In this document: positions 1-6,050 of the stretch, in pieces
How the letters are laid out: each line of letters starts with the position of its first letter
How positions within the stretch are numbered: the stretch's first letter is position 1
Assembly (NCBI GenBank): GCA_038213805.1
Contig: JBBQSO010000111.1
Location: 1 to 15,451 of the forward strand
Source of the DNA: Planctomycetota bacterium
GTDB lineage: Bacteria > Planctomycetota > UBA11346
DNA length: 15,451 nucleotides
Direction: 5' to 3'
The notes under the pieces: generated by a model
Told to the model about the DNA's origin: nothing
Databases searched by the model: none
The model's input: the letters and a program-made list of their open reading frames with translations, nothing else
Position numbers and translations under genes: made by a program

Positions 1-1586
1 TTGGTCAGGGTGAGGGTCTTCTCGACCACGCGTGTGGTGAGATTAATCGAGACGATGTTCTTCGAGGTGTTGTTGGCGACCCAGGCGAGGTTCTTGCTGG
101 TCAGGCTCATCTTCAAATCGACCGGGTCGGTGCCGGTGAACAGTTCCTTCGCCACCACGTTGTCCTTGGTGGTTAGGAACAGCACCTTGTTGCGCGCCGG
201 GATCAGCATCACCAGCTGGCCATGCTCGGCGTCGTAGACCATGTGGCTGGCCAGCCCGCTGATCGGCACCGCGCCGCTGGCGTTCTTCAGGTCGGTGAAG
301 GGTAGTTCCATCTCCCAGAGCTGGAAATCGCCGCCGATGGCGAATTTGTCGTCGCGCCCCTGGTTGAGGCGGTCGGCGAACAGCGCCGGCACGGCCACGC
401 CGCCGGGCTCGGTCGTGCCCGGACGGCCCGTCACCAGACCGACGACGGTGCCGTCCATGGCGAGTACCGGGCTGCCCTGGCTGGCGACCGGGATGATCAG
501 GTTGGTCTGCATGACCTGCGCAGCGTCAGATTTTTGGGCGCTGGTGCCGATGCTGCCGGCGAGCGTCGTCTGCGGCCCGGCGGCGGACGTCAGCTTGGGG
601 TTGATGATGGCGACGACCTCTGTCCCGGCGCGCGCGGCGTCGCCCAGCACCAGCGGCTTGGCGTGGTAGGGATTGCTGGAGCTGAGCAGGGCGAGGTCGT
701 GATCGCGGTCGACCGCGATCACGGTGGCGGACTGGTGCGAATGCTCGCCACTGGTGCTGTTGCGGAAGTAGTCGACCAGCACCTGCTTGGTGTTCTTGAC
801 CAGGTGGTAGGGGGTGACGATGTATTGCGGGTTGAAGAGGATGACGCCGAGGCCCACGGGATTGGTGCCGGCGTCGGTGGTGACCGACACCGTCACCACG
901 CCCGGGCCGAGTTGGGCGAGCAGTTCGGCGGCGCTGCGCGGGCCGGCGGCCGTCGGGGTCGCGCTGGGCGACGCGGCCGGTGCTGGGGTGCCCACGGATA
1001 CCGGCACCAGAGGGGGTGCACTGGTGGTGGCGACCGGCGGCACGCCCTTGGTCTGCGCGAGCGCCGCCTTCTGGCGATCGAGCTCCTGGGATGCGTCGAG
1101 CTGGGGGGCGGGCGCGGCGGCGATGGCGGTCGGTGCTGGAGACGCGGCAGCCTTGTCGGGAGTAGTCCCGGTGGTCTGCCCCTGCGCTGCGGCCTGACCG
1201 TCCGCTGCCTGCCGCTTCTCTGCCACGACCGCATCGGGTTTCTCGGGTGCGAAGAAGTATGCATACGCGACCCACCCACCCACGCCGAGCACCACCGCGC
1301 CGATCGCCAGGGGCAGCCACGGACGGATGAGATCCATGGGACCCGGCTTGGGCTTGGGCGGCGGCGGGGTGCGCTGGAAGGGGTTGACTACCGTGGCCGG
1401 TCCGGCGCCGGGTGCGCCGGCGGGACCCTTGGGCTTGGGTGGGGCTGCGTCGTCCATGGCGAACTGGGCCGGGACGATGAACTCCTTCTGGCACTTGGCG
1501 CAGCGCCCCGGCCGGCCGGCCGCCGCCCATGGGGCGCGCATCTGCGCACCGCAGGCGGGGCAGGCGAAGGTGATCAGATCGTCCAT
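1..1586 (-). CDS. Zn-ribbon / single-pass TM / trypsin(HtrA)-like / YVTN-like beta-propeller protein; 3' end runs off the window (>528 aa); probably catalytically inactive
   Basis: Not in the ORF track (no stop inside the window); translated by hand. ATG at 1586-1584 with GGAG 10 nt upstream. It begins MDDLITFACPACGAQMRAPWAAAGRPGRCAKCQKEF (CxxC...CxxC), then a Pro-rich tract, TM WLPLAIGAVVLGVGGWVAYAYFF and an Ala/Pro/Thr linker. Trypsin-like motifs follow: GLGVIL, YIVTPYHLV, DHDLALL, MQTNLIIPVASQGSPVLAMDGTVVGLV. Propeller-like segments TGTDPVDL and AWVANNTSKNIVSINL end the visible part. The frame stays open to the window edge. Confidence 0.88.
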   Translation of the reverse strand, partial: MDDLITFACPACGAQMRAPWAAAGRPGRCAKCQKEFIVPAQFAMDDAAPPKPKGPAGAPGAGPATVVNPFQRTPPPPKPKPGPMDLIRPWLPLAIGAVVLGVGGWVAYAYFFAPEKPDAVVAEKRQAADGQAAAQGQTTGTTPDKAAASPAPTAIAAAPAPQLDASQELDRQKAALAQTKGVPPVATTSAPPLVPVSVGTPAPAASPSATPTAAGPRSAAELLAQLGPGVVTVSVTTDAGTNPVGLGVILFNPQYIVTPYHLVKNTKQVLVDYFRNSTSGEHSHQSATVIAVDRDHDLALLSSSNPYHAKPLVLGDAARAGTEVVAIINPKLTSAAGPQTTLAGSIGTSAQKSDAAQVMQTNLIIPVASQGSPVLAMDGTVVGLVTGRPGTTEPGGVAVPALFADRLNQGRDDKFAIGGDFQLWEMELPFTDLKNASGAVPISGLASHMVYDAEHGQLVMLIPARNKVLFLTTKDNVVAKELFTGTDPVDLKMSLTSKNLAWVANNTSKNIVSINLTTRVVEKTLTLT

Positions 1587-1949
1587 GGGATCCGCGCTCC
1601 GGAGATGCTGCGGTCGGTCATTCGCCCGCGCGCGATCTCAGATCATCGGATATAAACGGCGGATGGAGGGCGGCAAGGTGGAGGGAGTGTGCATGGTCAA
1701 GACCGCTTGGGGGACGGCGGTGAGCACAGATCCGAACTGCCTGCCCTCTGCCCATCTGCGAGATCACGCGATTCGGCATACGCGCCAGAGCGGGGGCGCG
1801 CAGCCGCGGATGCAGGGCAGCCGGGGGCAGCGCTCGCTGGACAGGCGGTAAAACTGATTGTGAATTTCTCATGAAGATCGGAGCCCATGCGGCTGACCGG
1901 GCTTGCGTCATGCTGCACCAGACGTTGATGTCGGGGTTAGCGGAGACGC

Positions 1950-1956
1950 AGGAGGT
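1950..1956 (+). promoter_or_regulatory. Shine-Dalgarno site (AGGAGGT) for the SBP-vWA gene
   Basis: AGGAGGT at 1950-1956 sits just upstream of the ATG at 1961, supporting 1961 rather than 1871 as the start. Confidence 0.7.
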
Positions 1957-1960
1957 GCTC

Positions 1961-3694
1961 ATGGCGCAGGGTGGAGCGGGTGGCAGCAAAATGCCTCTGG
2001 TTTTGTTCATCGCGGCGATCGCCGGGGTGGGTTTGTGGATGGCCTCGTCGCCCGGAGGCCAGCAGGCGGGTCAGTCGGACGGGGCGCCGGCGCTTGCCGG
2101 GGCGCTGCCGCCGCCTGCCGGCGACGAGCTACGCCTGGTCTTCACCTATGGCTCGGAAAAAGAGACCTGGATCGCGCAGTCCACCGCGCTCTTCAACCAG
2201 CAGCATGTGCGTCAGGCCGGCAAGACCATCAGCGTCGAGGCGATCCCGATGGGCTCGGGCGATTGCATGGATGAGATCCTGGCGGGCAGGCGCAAGCCGC
2301 ACCTGATCAGTCCGGCCTCGGCGGCCTTCATCAAGATGGGCAATGCCCGCGCGCGCAGCGCCGAGGGCCGCGATCTGGTGCCAGCGACCGACAACCTGGT
2401 GCTGTCGCCCGTGGTGATCGCGATGTGGAAGCCCATGGCCGAGGCCCTTGGCTGGGGAAGGCGGCCGCTCGGCTGGGCCGACGTCCTGGCCGTCGCCACC
2501 CAGCCGCGCGGCTGGGCGGCCTACGAACAGCCGCAGTGGGGGCCGTTCCGCTTCGGCCACACCCATCCCGACTTCAGCAACAGTGGGCTGACCTCGATCT
2601 TCGCCGAGGTCTATGCCGGGGCCGGCAAAGTCGGCGGGCTGACACTCGGCGATCTCGCCCAGCCCGCGGTCGCCAACCAGGTGCAGGCCATCGAGCGCGC
2701 CGTGGTCCACTACGGAAGCTCGACCGGTTTCTTCGCCAAGAAGCTGGTTGCGAACGGTCCCGACTACTTGAGTGCAGCGGTGCTTTACGAGAACAACGTC
2801 ATCGAGTCCTACCAGGGCGCGACGCCCTCGTCGTACCCACCACTGGTCGCGCTCTACCCGAAGGAGGGCACCTTCTGGAGCGACCACCCTGCCGGGATCG
2901 TGGACCGCGATTGGGTGACCCCCGCGCATCGCCAGGCGGCACGTGCCTACCTCGACTTCCTGCTCGCCAAGCCGCAGCAGGAGGCCGCCCTGCGCCTCGG
3001 GTTCCGCCCCGCGGCGGTCGAGGTCGCTGTGGGTGCACCGCTCGACGCCGCCCACGGCGTCGACCCGCAGGAGCCCAAGACCACCCTGGAGGTGCCGAGC
3101 GTCGAGGTCATGGACGGCATCCTGCGCCTGTGGCGCGCGAACAAGAAGCATGCCCACGTGGTGCTCGTCATGGACGTCTCGGGCTCGATGAACGAGGACG
3201 GCAAGCTGGGCAGCGCGCGCCTCGGCGCCGCGCAGCTGGTCGCCAAGCTCGAGGACGGCGACGCCTTCTCGCTGCTCGCCTTCAGCGACCACATGCAGTG
3301 GCTCAGCCGTGGGCTGGCGCTCGACCAGGCGGGCCGGGCGACCGCGCAGCGCCAGGTCGAAGGGCTGATCGCCACCGGGGGCACCGCGCTCTATGATGCG
3401 GTTGACGCCGCCTACGCCGCCCTTGCCGCGGACGCCAAGGCCGACCAGATCAGCGCCGTGGTGGTGCTCACCGACGGCGCGGACTCCAACAGCCGGACCG
3501 CGCTCAAGACCCTGCTGACCAACATCCGCGCCGACCGCGAGCGCGCCTCATTCCGGGTCTTCACCATCGGCTACGGCAAGGACGCGAACCGCGACGTGCT
3601 CAAAGGCATCGCCGACGCCACCCAGGCGAAATTCTACGCCGGCACGCAGGACAACATCGTCAGCGTCTTCAAGGACATCTCGACCTTCTTCTGA
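1961..3694 (+). CDS. Membrane-anchored substrate-binding (PBP type II, SBP_bac_11-like) plus von Willebrand A domain protein, 577 aa
   Basis: N-terminal hydrophobic anchor LVLFIAAIAGVGLWM. SBP motifs YGSEK, SPAS, FGHTHPDFSNSG, SSTG, SDHP, GFRP. C-terminal vWA with a complete MIDAS: VLVMDVSGSM (DxSxS), GGTALYDA (T), VVLTDGAD (D), followed by FTIGYG. Confidence 0.92.
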   Translation: MAQGGAGGSKMPLVLFIAAIAGVGLWMASSPGGQQAGQSDGAPALAGALPPPAGDELRLVFTYGSEKETWIAQSTALFNQQHVRQAGKTISVEAIPMGSGDCMDEILAGRRKPHLISPASAAFIKMGNARARSAEGRDLVPATDNLVLSPVVIAMWKPMAEALGWGRRPLGWADVLAVATQPRGWAAYEQPQWGPFRFGHTHPDFSNSGLTSIFAEVYAGAGKVGGLTLGDLAQPAVANQVQAIERAVVHYGSSTGFFAKKLVANGPDYLSAAVLYENNVIESYQGATPSSYPPLVALYPKEGTFWSDHPAGIVDRDWVTPAHRQAARAYLDFLLAKPQQEAALRLGFRPAAVEVAVGAPLDAAHGVDPQEPKTTLEVPSVEVMDGILRLWRANKKHAHVVLVMDVSGSMNEDGKLGSARLGAAQLVAKLEDGDAFSLLAFSDHMQWLSRGLALDQAGRATAQRQVEGLIATGGTALYDAVDAAYAALAADAKADQISAVVVLTDGADSNSRTALKTLLTNIRADRERASFRVFTIGYGKDANRDVLKGIADATQAKFYAGTQDNIVSVFKDISTFF

Positions 3695-3722
3695 ATTCCT
3701 CCAGCGCGTTCCAGGACCACCC

Positions 3723-4925
3723 ATGACCGACGGCCCCCAACCCACCATCCTCGGCAAGCTCGTCATCGTGCTGTTCGTTGCGGCCTGCGTCGCCGGCGGA
3801 TGGTACGTGCTGAACCAGCGCGGCGCGGGGGCCGGCCCCGCGGGCGCGCCGGGCGCCGCGGGCGGGCCGGCCGCGGCCAAGGGCGACCCGGCCGCGACCT
3901 CAATCACCATCGCCTACGGCACCGAGAAGAAGCCCTGGCTGGAGTGGGCGGTCGGCGAGTTCGCCAAGACCGACGCCGGGCGCGGCGTGGCCATCACCCT
4001 GCTGCCGCTCGGCTCGCAGGAGGGCGGCCAGGCGATCCTGCGCAATGAGCGCCCGATCCACGCCTGGGCCCCGGCCAGCTCGGCCGCGCTCGGCACCTTC
4101 GCCGCCGACTGGCAGGTCAAATACGGCGGCAATCCGATCGGCAAGACCGAGAACCTCGCGCTGACGCCGATGGTCTACGTGTGGTGGAACGAGCGCTACC
4201 AGGCCTTCGTGCAGAAGTACCAGAAGGTCGACCTCCAGACCATCAGCCAGGGCCTGCAGGAGAAGAGCGGCTGGTCGGCCATCGCCGGCAAGCCCGAGTG
4301 GGGCCTGTTCAAGTTCGGCCACACCCACCCCGGCCAGTCCAACAGCGGCCTGATGGCGCTGATCATCATGGCCTGCGAGTTCCACGGCAAGACCGCCGGT
4401 CTGACCATGGCCGACATCCTCGACGCGAAGTTCCAGGCCTGGTTCGCGGCCACCGAGTCGGGCGTCAGCGGCCTGCCCAGCAGCACCGGGACGATGATGA
4501 AGGAGATGGTCCTGAAGGGGCCGTCCGCCTACGACGCGGTGCTGGTCTACGAGGCGGTGGCCATCGACTTCCTTAAGGCCGCCGCCGGCCGCTGGGGAGA
4601 GCTCAAGATCGTATACCCGCAGCAGAACCTGTGGAATGACAACCCGTACTACGTGTTGAACGCGTCGTGGGTGAGCGCCGCGCAGCGCCAGGCGGCCGAG
4701 GCCTTCCTCGCCTTCCTGATGGCCGAACCGGCGCAGCGCGAGGCCCTGGCACACGGCTTCCGCCCTGGCAATCCCAACGTGCCGGTGCTGTTCCCGGAAA
4801 GCCCCTTCATGCTCTTCCAGCGCAACGGCCTGCGCAACGACATCTCGGCGGTCCTCGAGATGCCCAAGCCGGAGGTGGTGCAGAACCTGCTGCAGTCCTG
4901 GCAGCGCAGCCAGGCGGGGCGCTGA
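3723..4925 (+). CDS. Membrane-anchored substrate-binding domain protein (SBP_bac_11-like), paralog of the upstream SBP without vWA, 400 aa
   Basis: 28 nt after the previous stop, with AGGA upstream of the ATG. N-terminal hydrophobic stretch KLVIVLFVAACVAGGWYVL. Motifs collinear with the upstream gene: YGTEK, APASS, NLALTP, WGLFKFGHTHPGQSNSGL, SSTG, NDNP, GFRP. Confidence 0.9.
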   Translation: MTDGPQPTILGKLVIVLFVAACVAGGWYVLNQRGAGAGPAGAPGAAGGPAAAKGDPAATSITIAYGTEKKPWLEWAVGEFAKTDAGRGVAITLLPLGSQEGGQAILRNERPIHAWAPASSAALGTFAADWQVKYGGNPIGKTENLALTPMVYVWWNERYQAFVQKYQKVDLQTISQGLQEKSGWSAIAGKPEWGLFKFGHTHPGQSNSGLMALIIMACEFHGKTAGLTMADILDAKFQAWFAATESGVSGLPSSTGTMMKEMVLKGPSAYDAVLVYEAVAIDFLKAAAGRWGELKIVYPQQNLWNDNPYYVLNASWVSAAQRQAAEAFLAFLMAEPAQREALAHGFRPGNPNVPVLFPESPFMLFQRNGLRNDISAVLEMPKPEVVQNLLQSWQRSQAGR

Positions 4926-4973
4926 GCGGGGATATCCTGGAACCGCGTCCATTCCCGACGAGCATTGCAGCGC

Positions 4974-5828
4974 ATGTGGCGGTACCTGAAGGCGGCATTC
5001 TGGGAGGGCGTGACGGTGCCGGGGCTCGGGCTGCTGCCGGTAAACCTGTTCGCGATGCTCGGGGTCGCGGTCGTCGGCCTGGTCAATCCGGGCATCTGGC
5101 TGATCGGGCTGGGCCTGGAGACCGCCTTCCTGTTCACCGTGGCCACCAACGGCCGTTACCGCAACGTGGTCGACGCGCGTGATCGCCAGACCGAGCGCCA
5201 GGGGCAGGACGCAGAGGCCAAGCGCCAGAGCATCATCACTGAACTGCCCGACGAGGCGCGTCGCCGGCTTGCGGCGCTCGAGGGCACGTGCGCGCAGACC
5301 ATCCTCATCCAGCGCAATTCGCAGGCCGGTGCGGTGGTGCTCGACGACAGTCGCGACGCCCTGCAACGCGTGGCCTGGCTCTACCTCAAACTGCTGCTCG
5401 CGCGCCAGCGCCTGCTCGAGCAGGCGCGCCTCGACGCCGGCACCGACCTCGCCACCCGCCTCGCCGGCCTCGAGCGCGAGCTCGCCGATCCGGCGCTCGG
5501 CACCGCGCTGCGCGCCTCGAAGAGCGCCACCCACGAACTGCTGCTCAAGCGTCAGCAGAACCAGGCGCGCCGCGGCCAGGCGTTGGCCGAGATCGACAGC
5601 GACCTCGCGCGCATCGAGGCCCAGGTCGACCTGGCGCGCGAGAACGCGACCATCCAGGAACAGCCGACGGCGGTCAGCACCAACCTGGACCTGGTCAGCC
5701 ACCTGCTGGACGGCAGCCTCTATGGCGCGTCGGAAGACGCGGTCCTCGATCTCGACCAGACCTTCCAGGTGCCCTCCGCGAAGCCCTCGCAGCGCGCGGC
5801 GGTGCCGCAGCGGGACGTCAGGACCTGA
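4974..5828 (+). CDS. Hypothetical membrane protein: N-terminal TM pair plus long alpha-helical/coiled-coil domain, 284 aa
   Basis: ATG at 4974 (track uses the TTG at 4965). Hydrophobic segments VNLFAMLGVAVVGLVNP and GIWLIGLGLETAFLFTVA, then an Arg-rich juxtamembrane stretch and Leu/Ala/Glu/Gln/Arg-rich heptad-like helices (LAEIDSDLARIEAQVDLARE). GC3-rich codon use like its neighbours; 48 nt from the previous stop. Confidence 0.85.
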   Translation: MWRYLKAAFWEGVTVPGLGLLPVNLFAMLGVAVVGLVNPGIWLIGLGLETAFLFTVATNGRYRNVVDARDRQTERQGQDAEAKRQSIITELPDEARRRLAALEGTCAQTILIQRNSQAGAVVLDDSRDALQRVAWLYLKLLLARQRLLEQARLDAGTDLATRLAGLERELADPALGTALRASKSATHELLLKRQQNQARRGQALAEIDSDLARIEAQVDLARENATIQEQPTAVSTNLDLVSHLLDGSLYGASEDAVLDLDQTFQVPSAKPSQRAAVPQRDVRT

Positions 5829-5836
5829 CGTCCCGC
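5810..5836. repeat. Perfect 13-bp inverted repeat with a 1-nt centre, overlapping the operon's last stop codon (possible terminator-like hairpin)
   Basis: GCGGGACGTCAGG-A-CCTGACGTCCCGC. The arms 5810-5822 and 5824-5836 are exact reverse complements. The TGA at 5826-5828 lies in the right arm. No U-tract follows. The function is inferred. Confidence 0.75.
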
Positions 5837-6050
5837 CGCAGAGCTCGATTTCCCCACCAACACTGGGTGGACCTGCGATCCGCAGCAGTTGGTCTGGCGT
5901 TAGCGCCATCCATCCATCTGGCCGGCCACCGCCGCGCGCCAACCACCACCTGGTCGGCGCCGCTGTCCGGATCACCCAGACCGGTGGCTGCACACATTCA
6001 CACAACACCCATAACAGGGGTGGCGCAAACGTGAACGCGGAAGACGGAGC

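Noticed and set aside
1332..1590. Short repeats CTTGGGCTTGGG (x2) and TCCATGG (x3) in the first gene
   Set aside because: Explained by the encoded PKPK and MD peptides in a low-complexity linker; irregular spacing, not a CRISPR or tandem array.
1871..1960. N-terminal extension of the SBP-vWA gene from the ATG at 1871
   Set aside because: The strong SD lies just before the ATG at 1961, which also places the hydrophobic anchor near the N-terminus.
3777..3788. Lipobox-like VAAC in the second SBP
   Set aside because: Hydrophobic residues continue after the Cys (VAGGWYVL) and the paralog has no Cys in its anchor, so an uncleaved TM anchor is as likely. Left unresolved; SignalP would decide.
1961..4925. 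Calling the SBP genes an ABC transporter or a 'Ca-activated chloride channel'
   Set aside because: No permease or ATPase is present. The channel label is a generic annotation often transferred to vWA proteins, and no multi-pass channel domain is visible.
4939..4966. GGAACC as a possible ECF-sigma -35 element before the coiled-coil gene
   Set aside because: No convincing -10 element at the expected spacing, and the short gap fits simple co-transcription.
3900..6008. 702-aa minus-strand ORF, and similar long ORFs such as 534-1655+, 2129-3292-, 6126-7535+, 7087-9726+ and 13411-15402+
   Set aside because: Antisense shadows of real genes; strong GC3 bias removes stop codons on the opposite strand. 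They carry no recognisable motifs.
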